Source: Podarcis pityusensis (taxonomy: Eukaryota). Taken from it: a stretch of DNA of 64,000 bases. A model generated the notes under the pieces. It worked only from the letters and a program-made list of their open reading frames with translations, did not search any database and had not been told where the DNA came from. Positions 21,901 to 33,485 of this stretch are shown piece by piece. Every line of letters begins with the position of its first letter. Within the stretch, counting starts at the first letter, position 1. The DNA lies in the NCBI GenBank assembly GCA_964106645.2, contig OZ067041.1; one strand, 5' to 3'. Position numbers and translations under genes: made by a program.

Positions 21901-24900
21901 ATAGACACTGAGGTGAAGGAACTGCAAAGTTCTAGGCAGGGAGCTAATCTTGCAGCAAGTAGGGCCAAAGATGCTTCACACCCAGCAACAGAGGATTAGC
22001 TTGCAGCCCTCAAATTGCTAAGTATGGCAGCTGCAGAGAAGCAGGCAGCACATGGGAGCTTCTAGTCAAAGGTGTTCTTCCCACTCCTGTTTTGTACCCT
22101 GGCTGGCTGGATTCACAAGGAAGCTTGAAATGCCCTCTTCTAATGCCAGGGTTGGAGTACTGCTCCGGTCTACTGCATGCATGTAGCTGTGTGCAAGGAG
22201 CCCCCATTCATTCACTTACCAAAGAGATGCCTACTGGTAGAAGGCAGGAGGAAGAGAGCAGTTAGAAGGGGAATCCCATGTTTGAAAAACCCTGCCAGTA
22301 AAACATACCCAGCACTCAACAGAAGATGTGGGCAAGATATCTTCTAGAGAATTTTGCTTGGCATTACTGTAGTAATTTTACTGAGGAACCCCAATAAGCT
22401 TCCAAGAAAGCCAGATTTTCTGAGTACACACACAGACATGATGTTCATATACAGAAAGGGGAGGGGGATCTAATAATAAGAGATTTGTCATGGAGACAAA
22501 ATCTAAAATCAGACATACAATACAGATATAGCTGCTACAGAAAGTGTAAGCATAAAAAAGAGCAGGGAGATTATATATAGTTGGGAGGCATTTATTTTGA
22601 CATACTCTACATATACAGAGAGGATACAGTTCAAAAGATAAAAGTTTCCTTCCCCTTCTCTTTCTTCACCCTCATAGCAGACCCACACACTGAAGTCAAG
22701 GTTATGAAGAGGGCAGTGCTCCTTGCAAAAATGTGTGTCAGATGTGGGTGGAGATAAGGAAGATGAGATGTAGTCCATCTCTCTTTCTCTCTCTCCTGCA
22801 GCATGTCTTCAATAAGATATTATATGCAGAACTGAGGCTTAGTGTTGCAGAGGCAAAACCAACAGGAATCAATATCAATACAAAAGGGAGAAATAGTTAG
22901 AAGGTAGGAGGTTTCTGCTTCAATCATACATTAAGGCTGGAGGGTATTCTCTGCATTCTAGTCTGACAACACTGAAACCAATGAAAACCCTGGTTTGCTT
23001 AGTGACATCATTGGTATTGGCTGCAATCTTACAGGATGAAGCATATTCAGTGTCTGTCTGATATATGTGTCTAGTTACAATCTATCCCCCAACCCCCCAA
23101 AAAGGGTTCTAGTCTGGCTCAATGATTACTTGGGGCAAAGATCCTATTTCCATGGTAACGGGGGGGGGGGAGACTATGATAGCTAAGTTTTACACCCAGC
23201 AGACCCACTGAAAAAACGAGCATGACTAAGTTAGGTCATTTAATTGCAAGATCCCCCCCCTCACTTTTTTTTAACTAGAAGGGACAGAGCTGTCATAAAT
23301 AAAGAGGGGAGCAATTTGAGTTAGACTGCCAAGTCTACGGCACAAATACAATTTATATTTATTCTGCAAACTATCCCATAGGCTTTGCGCTGATAACAAT
23401 ATCCAGGAGGATAAACCACTCAGTCAGTCTGACCTTACCATCAACTATACCACCATTATCCACTCCTTCAATTTACTCCAGTCCTCAGTCAACATCATAA
23501 GCTTAGGCATTAAATATTTTGATGGGCAGTAATGCAAGGAGAAATCATCTCAATAGTCACGCATCAGTTTTGCAGCCTCCCACAAAGTTACACCACAGCC
23601 AAAACCTGAATTTGTTCTAGAAGTAAAACAAGACCTCTCAATTAAGATTAAGCAAAAAGCAGGCGAGAAACTAGAAACACATGAAAACACCTACATATAA
23701 ATATTTGTCTTTAAAGTACATGCATGCTACACTTGATATTAAAGTGGGATTTTTTGAGCATCTTCTGGGTGGCAGGAGGAAGCTCAACCTGGAGCTATGA
23801 AAAGGGAGGGGGTGTAGGAAGCTGCCTTTTGCTGAGTCAGACCGTCAGATCCATCTAGCTCAGTTTTGTCAACACTGACCAGTAGCGGCTCCCTAGAATT
23901 CCAGACATGAGTCTCTCCTAACCGTACCTGGAGACACCTGGGATTGAACCTGGGACAAGTAGATGCTCTACCACTGAGCTTCAGCCACATTCTAGCTTCC
24001 TCTCGCCTTTGGAAAGAGGGTGCACAAATCAAATATAGAATTTAAGACAGTGTTTGTTCTTATTCTTTTGAAGGTCTTGAGACTTCAGGGACAAGACATA
24101 TTTTAAAAATTCCAATGGATAAGTGAAGTAGTGATACAGAAGGCAAAGGTACAGCAAAATAAGAATTTCATACAGACACATACCACATCAAGTACAGAGA
24201 GCACAACCCTGCCAAAGTCAAGCCCCCTTAATTGATTTCACTAGACACTGAAACCCTGGGAAGGATATCCCAGGGGCCATAGGAATCATTGCAGCACCCT
24301 TTATAAGGACAGAAAGAAAACTCCTCAACCTTGGAGAGGGAGATCCAGTGTTGGATCCCACCTCGCCATTGCTATGGTACCTTCCACAGCCCTTCCTCTA
24401 TTGTTGTCAGAACTGATCTCAGCAGAGCAAAAAAAGGGGGTGGGCATGCCAAGGGTGTGCTTGGATCCAAAAGATCCAACGCCTTCCCATTCCCCTGGCA
24501 CACCTCCAAACCAGGAGCACACATACAACAGTGAATTTCATTCTCTTTATTTCCCATGGGAGGTGAATGGTTTTGGGGGATGTAGAAAAAACAGAAAAGG
24601 ACAAAGGTGAGCAAGAGCCGTCCTCTGTTCTCAGGGCACTGGAGAACCCAGGAGGTACATGAACTGCCTTCAGTTCCCTTCCTTTCAGCCCTGCCCACCC
24701 AGGATCACACTGTTTAAAGGTGATTATCTTTACCATACTGTTTAAATGTACTTGTTTTAACAGGATCACACAGAGAAAGAAAAGTATACACTTATTACAG
24801 TAAGTGTCAGACTTAGTGAATGTTAGCATTTACTAGTAATTCTTAAGATTTTTGGAGGACTGCCCACAGTAAATGTCAGAAATGTGCAAGTCATTAACCT

Positions 24901-26178
24901 GAGTTTTTAGCATTAGCACATCATTTACGTCTAAGCAATGGAAATATATAGGCATATTATAACCTAATTAAGGCAATTAGGTTAGCTCTGAGATTTACTG
25001 GTAAATATTTTCTGACATATCCCACTGAACCTTCTTTTTCTTCAGTACAATGATTACAAACAGAAGACAACATTCCCCAGGGCTGGAATTCTATACTTTC
25101 TTATCTGGAAAGTAAGGCCTACTGATCTCAGTGAAGCTTTATTTTCAAGTAAACATGCAAATTTGTATTTGTTATACTTAGAGGAGACCCATTAAAAACT
25201 CAATGGGCAATTGTATAAATCAGATGTCACCCATATTCTATACACAAACACAAAGACACACACCCTATTGCACTATATTCATTTAGATGGTATGTGAAAC
25301 CAATCCACCACCAAACCACCCCTTTTTCTTTTACTGACAACATGATCGGCTATTTTTTGATGTTGCCAGGCTGTATACAATTTTATCAAATGCTATTATT
25401 ATTATTATGCTTTTGTTTAAGTGGTTCAGTACCAACTGTAACCACACTGAGCACCTTTCAAGAACAAGTCACACTAAAAGCACATGAACAAATAATAAAT
25501 TATGCATACATTGTATTAAAATGATATGCATATTTTATGCAATTTTAATATACAATATATACATACAATATGTACAGTATTATCCTACTTTACTATGCAA
25601 TTATAAACAACCTTACATTATAAACAAAAGAACACAGTTTTAAAACTTTTTAAAACAACCAAATAACCTTAATATAGCTAGCACTTAAAAGCAGCCAGCC
25701 CAATACACTTTGTAATATAAAAATAATGGGCTGGCTCCAGACTAATTTAGCCACGCTTTACCCTCATTAAAAATGATTGGATTTTTCTTAGTCGTAATTA
25801 ACAGCACAAGCCCAACCACATCACATCTACTTAGAAGTAAGTCCTATCGAACTCAACAGGGCTTAGTCCCAAGTAAATGTGGTAACAGGACTGTCAGTTG
25901 TCCCATGGACTGCAATGGGGCTACTGCATGGCTAACTTAAGGCTGCAGTCCCAACCCCACTTACCTGTGAGCAAGCCCCACTGGGACCAGCACAACTTAC
26001 TTGTGAGCAAAAAAACGGTTAGGATTGCAGTTAAGTCTACATCCAGCTGGATATGGTTCTTATTATTTTTACACAGCTATACTATGCAAATCATACCTAT
26101 TTTATACAACTTTACTACTGGATAGGAAAACACACAAACTGCTCTCTTGATATATACATATGTATTTAGAGATAGGGT

Positions 26179-26710
26179 TGTATCCAAATTAAGTCCTGCT
26201 CAGAGCAGACCCGCCGAAATTAATAGGCATGGCTAACCTGGATACATTCCTTTCTGAGGGTCCTAGAAGTTAGTTGCAGACAACACCGGCTGCCCCAAGT
26301 TCTATCTACTCACAAGTAGAGCCACTGAAACCAAGGGACCCAAGTCAGCCTTGCCCATGGGACTTCAGTGGGTCTACTCTGAGGAGGGCTATTGCGTTGT
26401 ATCCCAGCTAAGTCCTCCTCAGAGCAGACCCACTGAAATTAATGGACATTGCTAATCTGGATACATTCATTTCTGAGGGTCCTAGAAGTTAGTTGCAGGC
26501 AACCCCTCGCTGTCCAAGTTCTACTCACAAGTAGAGCCACTGAAACCAGGTGACCCATGTCAGCCATGCCCATGAGCCTTCAGTAGGTCTACTCTGAGGA
26601 GGGCTACAGTTTTGTATTCCAGTTAACTGCTCCCCAGAGCAGACCCACCGAAACCAGCAGACCTAAGTCAGCCATGCCCATGGGACTTCAGTGGGTCTAC
26701 TCTTGAGGAG
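26179..26710. repeat. Tandem array (~2.5 units of ~219 bp) built from small palindromic MITE modules
   Basis: Unit tgtatcc...ctcagagcagaccc...gggtctactctgaggagggcta recurs at ~26179, ~26398 and ~26612. Confidence 0.8.
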
Positions 26711-26829
26711 AACACGAGCTACCAACGTACCTCACAGGTACACTAGATTTCACACTTACACACATATAACGCCTCATTATAATATATTCTTTAGGATAAC
26801 CCTGACTGACTGACACACGTACACAAGCA

Positions 26830-27800
26830 GCCCTACGCGAAGGTGAAAGAGCCCCCCCCCACCACTTCAGCGGGGCGCGCGCCCCCCCCCTTTATAAGAG
26901 TTGGCCGAGGGGGCGTGGCCCGAGCGCAGCAGCCCAACGGTCTACAATCGGGAGAGGCGAGCAGCATCTCCGAGCGCCTTCGGGCAGAAGTCGCCTCCTC
27001 CGATCGGGCTCCCCCCCCCCACCACCAACCGCCCGATCCCCGCGCGCGCTGCTCCCCAACGTTCCACAGCACCGCGCGCACGCGCGGAGGGGTGTATGTG
27101 TGTGTTTGTGTGAGGAACGTGACGGGGGTCGACGTACACCCACCTGCCTCAGCACTTTCCGGCAGTTGCTACAGACCCTCCGGCACTCTCCGTGGCCGCT
27201 GCCGCCGGGGACGGACGAAGGGCAAGAAGCGGCGCCCCTGTTCATGGTTGCCGGAGCCAGCGGGGGCAGAGGGAGGCGACTGGCTGCAGCGGCTGCCTGC
27301 GCTCAGCGCTCAGCGCCTCCGGCCGCCGCCCCCATCCGCCGCTCCCCTCCTCCTCCTCCTCTTTCCCCCTCCCGCCCCCCTGGAAGCGCTTCGGCTTCAG
27401 CCGCTCAGGAACAGCCGCTGCCATCCCCGCCCCGCCCACCAACCGCGGCTCTCCCTCGCGCGCACACCCCTCGGCCGCCGCCAATCGCCGCGCCTCGGCC
27501 ACGCCTACCCGCAACCCCCGCCTGGCCAATCGCAGGCGCCGGCCACAGCCAGCCAATCGGCCGAGCGTTCTCCCGCTCCCCATCTCCGGGCAGTCTCCGA
27601 GTTGGAGGAGGGGCCGTCCCGCAAACGGGGCGGAGAGAAGAAGGGAGCTTCTCGGCAACCTATAAGGGGGCGGAGGAGGTGGGGCCAGGTGGCGCGAGGC
27701 GGGGCTTCCCTCGGCCAATGGGACGCGGGCCATGTCCATGGGCTGGAGGTGGGGGAAAGGCACCCACGAGGTGGTCACGCCCCCGTCTCTCAGTGCTTAC
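26830..27800 (-). promoter_or_regulatory. CpG-island promoter of an unidentified minus-strand host gene
   Basis: Very high GC and CpG content; CCAAT boxes at ~27481, ~27526, ~27553 and ~27715; GC boxes; minus-strand splice donor at 27143. Confidence 0.85.
27144..27430 (-). other. Candidate first exon (5' boundary approximate); ATG at 27245 gives 34 codons up to the donor
   Basis: CAG|GTGGGT donor downstream of the CCAAT cluster; peptide MNRGAASCPSSVPGGSGHGECRRVCSNCRKVLRQ not recognised. Confidence 0.55.
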
Positions 27801-27842
27801 TGCTGTTGCTGCTATGGCAGGCGCAGGAAAGGGAGGCAGAAT

Positions 27843-27920
27843 AATAGAATGGTGGAGTTGGAAGGGACACCGAGGGTCATCTAGTCCAACCCCCTGCAAT
27901 GCCGGAATATTTTTGCCCAA
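27843..27920 (-). mobile_element. 3' part of tRNA-SINE / CR1-like tail
   Basis: Reverse complement of the 9425 SINE tail. Confidence 0.7.
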
Positions 27921-28054
27921 TGGGGGGCCGGGACCCAGGATCCCCAAAAATATTAATCTATTAACTGGTTTTGCTTTTACATTTACATTTTTTCTTCTGC
28001 AAACACCCTCCACAAACCAGCCAGTATTTAAAAACACATAACTTCCTCTTGCTT

Positions 28055-28385
28055 TGCACTCTTCCCACCTTAGATCAAATCGATGCTGTCAGGTGCCATA
28101 AGAAAGCTGCAGAGATAGTGCAGGATAGTGCGCACCCCAGAAATGATCTCTTTCAGCTTCTGCCTTCTGGAAGAAGGTATAGGGTTATAAAGACCAGGAC
28201 TAGCCGCCTGAGAAACAGTTTCTACGCAAATGCAATTCTGGTTCTAAACGCAGCATAAGGAGTCTCTATAGCATATTGTATTTTAAAATGGGGTTTCAGA
28301 GTTTTTAGGGGTTTTTGAATGTCTTATGTAGATTTTTCAATTTCATTGTTCCATATGGGACAATAACAATAAAGATATCGTATTG
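28055..28385 (+). mobile_element. Rex1/Babar LINE 3' end
   Basis: HPRNDLFQLLPSGRRYRVIKTRTSRLRNSFY C-terminus, AATAAA and tatcg tail; close copy at 48929. Confidence 0.85.
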
Positions 28386-28620
28386 TCTTGTGTATGCTGT
28401 ATAAGACGCTGGCCCTGAACAGTCAACAGTGCACAACCTTATATATGCCTACTGAACCTGACCCTGCGATCATCGTCTGTGGCCCTTCTCTGTGTGCCCA
28501 CGCCACAAGAGGTCCAGAGGGTGGCAACGCAAGAATGGGCCTTTTCTGCGGCGGCTCCTGTTTGTGGTATGCTCCCCTTGGGGAGGCTTGCCTGGCGCAA
28601 ATACTTTTCTCTATAACCAG

Positions 28621-28811
28621 CAGTGGCGTAGCGTGGGTTGTCAGCACCCGGGGCAAGGCAAGTAATTTGCGCCCCCTAACCCGTGGATTTGCGCCCCCTA
28701 ACCCGTGGATTTGCGCCCCCTAACCCGTGGATTTGCGCCCCCTAACCCTAACCCCCAGAAGTTGCGCCCGGTGCGGCCGGCCCCCCCTGCACCCCCCACG
28801 CTACGCCACTG
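28621..28811. mobile_element. hAT-type MITE with internal 22-bp minisatellite
   Basis: TIR CAGTGGCGTAGCGTGGG / CCCACGCTACGCCACTG, 8-bp TSD ATAACCAG. Confidence 0.9.
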
Positions 28812-31071
28812 ATAACCAGGTCTGCCTTTAGCTATATGTGACCTTTTAGAAGTGGGTGGGATTTTTTAAATGCATTATTTTCCCCCTTGGTTTTAAGGTA
28901 GCTATGTGGGGTTTTTCGTTCGTTTATTTTGGGTTGCCCTGCTCAAGAGAAAGCAATTAACACATAATAATAATAATAATAATACTGTTTGGATGTGTTT
29001 GACTGAGTGCGGTGGGTAAGTGAATGTAGGACTGCAGCCCCACTGAAACACGGAAACCTACGAGTGAGTACACACATAGGATTCCATTGTTACTGCTTTA
29101 TTGTGGATTTAAATCAGTTGGCCTGTTGTTTTTAATTATCTGCTTTTCATTACCCCTAGAACAGCAATGAACATAAAAACAGCGTGCTGGATCAGGTCCA
29201 TCCAGCCCAGCATTCTGTTCTTGCAGTAGCCACCCAGATGCCCGTGGAAATGCTGGAGGTTGGGCTGGAAAATGGTTTTAAGTAACTAAATAAAATAGGG
29301 TGTTTTCAAAATTTCAGATCCAATTCAAATGTGGGAGCTTAAGCAAAAGGGCATTTTCACAGATGATGTTCCAGGGTTTAGTCACTCCCCTCACCCCCCC
29401 CCCTCCACAGCTGTAAGGAAAGCATCAAGTCTAGGAAGAATTTGATACATGTATGGTTTTGAAATGCTCATCTTCTTCATTCCATCTTAATTTAAAACTG
29501 CGTTCACACCTTTGCACACATGGCCTGCAGATAGCTCTGAAGTACTTTTTTTTCATGTCACACGTAAAAATGTCAGGAACAATGTGGGACTGGAGAGCCA
29601 GTGCTGCCACCATATCTGCCGTCTGCAATGCAGGTTAGCAAGCGATGAGTAAAAGCTCAACACAAGGACCCACCTTTGGCATTGGAAGCAGATGGGATGA
29701 GGCTGGCCTCCACCAGACGGCTCCTAAAAGCTTTTCTTTTTTTTTACGGCGACAGGCCTTTGCAACTCTTTAAACTGGTCAGCCAGACACGTTGACGATC
29801 GCTTGTTTGAACGGTGTTTTGCTTTTGTACAGCGCCATGATACGTTATGATATGGAGGTACCGAAATATTTTTTTAATTGATTGACATTACTGTTCTTTA
29901 TTATATCTGTATACCGCCCTTCATCCAAAGACCCCACACAATAAAACAAAAACCAAACCAATAACCTCCCTGACTTTCAATGGGTTTACTCTGAGTATAA
30001 CTAAAACTGGACACAACCTAGGCTACCAGGATGCTGTTGGTTCCTCTCACCTCCCCATAGCACATGACAGCATCACCATTATCATGTGCAATGGATAATT
30101 AGTAATGCAGTCACTGGTATTATTATTCGCGGGGGACCAGAACTGGAGGCAATTTGGCTGTGTGTGTGGTGAGGATTTCCCCCTTCACCTCTCCACGACA
30201 CCCCAAGTCTCCTTGAGATTTATTAATAATGTAATAATGAATAATATTTATTAATAATTAGTCACTTATTACTAGTAACAAACCAAATTTCTGGTATTTG
30301 CGAGGTGAGGGGGTCATGCCTTGCTTCCATTGGTTGAGAAATTTTGTCGTCTGCTAACAGCTGTAGCACAACCCTTCTAGGGCTTAAGTAGTCTACCTAG
30401 CAGGCTCTATAGTAGCTCATAGAATCAGGCAATCTTATGTTTCATCTTCCTATTCAAGGCTCTGTCATCAACGCCACATCCAGCTGCAAAAGGCCAATTA
30501 CCTTGCAAGGTGGAAGGAAAATAAGTTGTATGCACATCTGCAAAACACGGTGCTGACTGTCGCTGGGGTGCTCCTCCAGGAGGACAGCCGTTGCCCCCAG
30601 CAAAAAAATAATAACAATTAATTAATAGCCCCAGCGATGGGATAGTTTGCTTGCACATGTAGAAACAAGACAGCTGTGCTGCAAGGCAGGACAAGATTAG
30701 ATATTTGCTCAAGGGGAAGTTGGGACTGTTTGGAGAGTGCGCAGCAAAGTCTGTTTGCCTCGGGTCGCGAGGATGGTGAAAAAACGATGAGTCAGGGCTA
30801 CTTGTCTCTGTGCTAATGCACAGCTAGACAGAGCATATAATTAGGACGAAGGCAGAGCTCAAGTCCACAGAGCCAGGTGGAGGCAAATTTTTATGTTCTG
30901 CAGTACAAGGATGGCCAACAAGGTGCCCTCCCAATGTTGTTGGGCTTCAGCTCCCACCAGCTCCAACTAGCAATGGGAGGAACAATGGGAAGTGTAATTC
31001 ATCGGCATTTGCTTGCAAGTGTGTTGGCTATCCACAGAGCCAATTCAGTGCCCCTCATCAGTGGACTAGAC

Positions 31072-31326
31072 CAGGCATACCTAACCTAAGGCCCGGGGGC
31101 CGGATGTGGCCCAATCACCTTCTCAATCCGGCCCATGGACTGTCCGGGAATCAGTGTGTTTTTACATGAGTAGAATGTGTGCTTTTATTTCAAATGCATC
31201 TCTGGGTTATTTGTGGGGCATAGGAATTTGTTCATTGTTTCCCCCCAAAAAAAATATAGTCCGGCCCACCACATGGTCTGAGGGACGGTGGACCGGCCCC
31301 CTGCTTTAAAAGGTTGCTGACCCCTG
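31072..31326. mobile_element. hAT-type MITE (second copy at ~40714-40960)
   Basis: CAGG...CCCCTG ends, 8-bp TSD GACTAGAC. Confidence 0.85.
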
Positions 31327-31622
31327 GACTAGACTATATAGAAGCTATCATGTCAGAACCTCCAAGTGAGTATCCCTCTTTTCAAGGGACAGTCTTTGAT
31401 TTACAGAAGCCATCCCAGTTTCTGATTCGATCCCAGAATGTCCCGCTTTTCCTTAAGATGTTCCTATTTTCATAAGAAAAAATGTTGGAGGGTATGGAGT
31501 TATGTGACCCTTGAGCCAAGGTGATAAGTAACTATCCAACCTTTAGAGGACATATGAAAGCAGCCCTGTATAGGGAAAGGTTGTTGTTTTTAATGTTTGG
31601 TGTTTTATTATGTTTTAATATA

Positions 31623-31837
31623 CAGTGGTACCTCCGGTTACGAACAGGATCCGTTCTGGAGGCCCGGCCATATCCCAAAATCTTCGTAACTGACCCTTCT
31701 GTGCACGCGCATGGCATGATTGAGCACTTCTGCGCATGTGTGAGCGGCAAAACCCAGAAGTATATACTTCTGGGTTTGCCACGTTCGCAACCCGAAAGTT
31801 ACGTTACTCAAAGGTAACGTAACCCGAGGGTCCACTG
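31623..31837. mobile_element. Tc1/mariner-type MITE nested in another repeat
   Basis: CAGTGGTACCTC / GAGGGTCCACTG TIRs, TA TSD. Confidence 0.85.
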
Positions 31838-32839
31838 TATGTTGGAAGCTCTGCTCTCCTTTCTTAGGGTTAATATAAATCTTTAAACTGGACATGGGAG
31901 TGGATAGCCCTTCAAACAGAGGAGTCCTCGAAACTGAGGGATTCCAGCAGGCCAATGCAGAATTGGCTGAGTTAGCCAGAAGTGGAATGTGTTTAGCTGG
32001 CTTTTCTGCACGGATGTGCAAAGCCAGCTAGCCCCGTACTTCTGTTTCATTCTCTTTTGCGAAGCTGAGCAGTTCCTTTACAGTTGTACAGGAAAGATTA
32101 AAAAACACGCACACTATACAGACTAATCTGGGGAGCATTGTTAGATATTCCAACTCAGAAGAAAATGAGAAGCTACTTCTTACCATTTTAAGGATTCCTA
32201 TTACTGATGCCCATTTCCACCTTTCTCCTTTTAAATGTTGCACATAGCCTGCGACATATACAGTAAATAGTCTCCTGCAAAATAAATGATTTTATTTTAC
32301 CCACAGCTCACCTTTGCCCTTCCAGGCCGCCTCCCCTCCCTCTCCCTCCCTCTTTCTCCCTTTCTCTCTATCTCTTATGAACAGTAGGACTTCTAAGGCC
32401 TTCTAGCCCAAGAACTCTGGTGAGAAGTGATTCATGTGTGGCTGTGTCCTCCCTGGACTGTACAAATTCAAACTGCAGGAGGGAGGTAGCATTTTGAATG
32501 ATCCCTGCATTAGAGTTGCCAGCTGCCCATTATCTGGGAAAGGGCCTTTTCAGTTGTGGCTCCTTGCTTGTGGAATGCTCTCCCCAGTGAGGCCCTCTTG
32601 GCACCACCATTAACATCCAAGTAGAAAATGATCTCTTCTCCCAGGCATTTCACAGATGGCGGTGATTGTTCTACTGTCTGTTGATTGTGTGTTTAAGCTG
32701 CTGTTTTGTTTTTGTTTCACAACTGTATGGTTTTAATGCATTGTTCTTTTTCTGATGTTATGCCATCCTTTATACTTTTAAATTTTGTAAGTTGTTTGGA
32801 GACTACATATGTGTCAAGCAACTAATAAATTGAAATTCT

Positions 32840-33190
32840 TTGGTGATCACTCGTAGCCGAGTAAGATTGTCTTCCATACACACGGTTTTAACAATGAGTC
32901 CGTAAGTGACTGTGGAGGCCAATTCTGGATCCACACGTCCTTCCACAGTGGAGACATTGGTTTCCAGGCGGGAGTTGATCACAGTGTGGATTTGCCAAGT
33001 GTGCCTTCCTCTTCATACGTTTCTCCCTTGCGTCCTGAGTTTGAGTGTCTTCAAAGCCCATGACACCTTTGGTAAAGGCTGTTCTCCAACTGGAGCACTC
33101 GCAGGCCAGTATTTTCCAGTTGTCAGTGCTTATACTGGAAGAAGCAAAGATCACCAGTGTTGAAGCAATGATTCTTCAACATCAACTTCG
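32840..33190 (-). mobile_element. RTE-clade LINE 3' fragment
   Basis: WRTAFTKG...CLHCGRTCGSRIGLHSHLRTH C2H2-like C-terminus. Confidence 0.8.
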
Positions 33191-33349
33191 TCCCACCCAT
33201 ATAATGGGTGGCTGTCCCCTTGGTCTTTAACAGCTGCTGTGCTCAGGAGTGCTAGGGACTGAGGGCCTTGTATTTTACCATGTGCCATTCATCGAAGGCA
33301 TTAGACCTTACCATTCCATGCTGGCCTGTTTGAGGGTTGTAATGGGCCA

Positions 33350-33485
33350 CAGGCATGGCCAAACTTGGCCTTCCAGCTGTTTTTGAACTACAGTTCCCAT
33401 CATCCCTGACCACTGGTTCTGTTAGCTATGGAAGCTGGGAGTTGTAGTCCAAAAACAGCTGGAGGGCCAAGTTTGGCCATGCCTG
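33350..33485. mobile_element. Palindromic hAT-like MITE
   Basis: Long TIR CAGGCATGGCCAAACTTGGCC / GGCCAAGTTTGGCCATGCCTG. Confidence 0.85.

Noticed and set aside
27481-27560. ER-stress element (CCAAT-N9-CCACG)
   Set aside because: Spacing is 12-13 nt rather than 9
26843-28041. Long ORFs (333 aa, 313 aa, 178 aa) across the CpG island
   Set aside because: Low-complexity Pro/Arg/Ala products expected from stop-poor GC-rich DNA; one runs into a SINE
28665-28755. CRISPR-like array
   Set aside because: No spacers; head-to-tail minisatellite in a eukaryotic MITE
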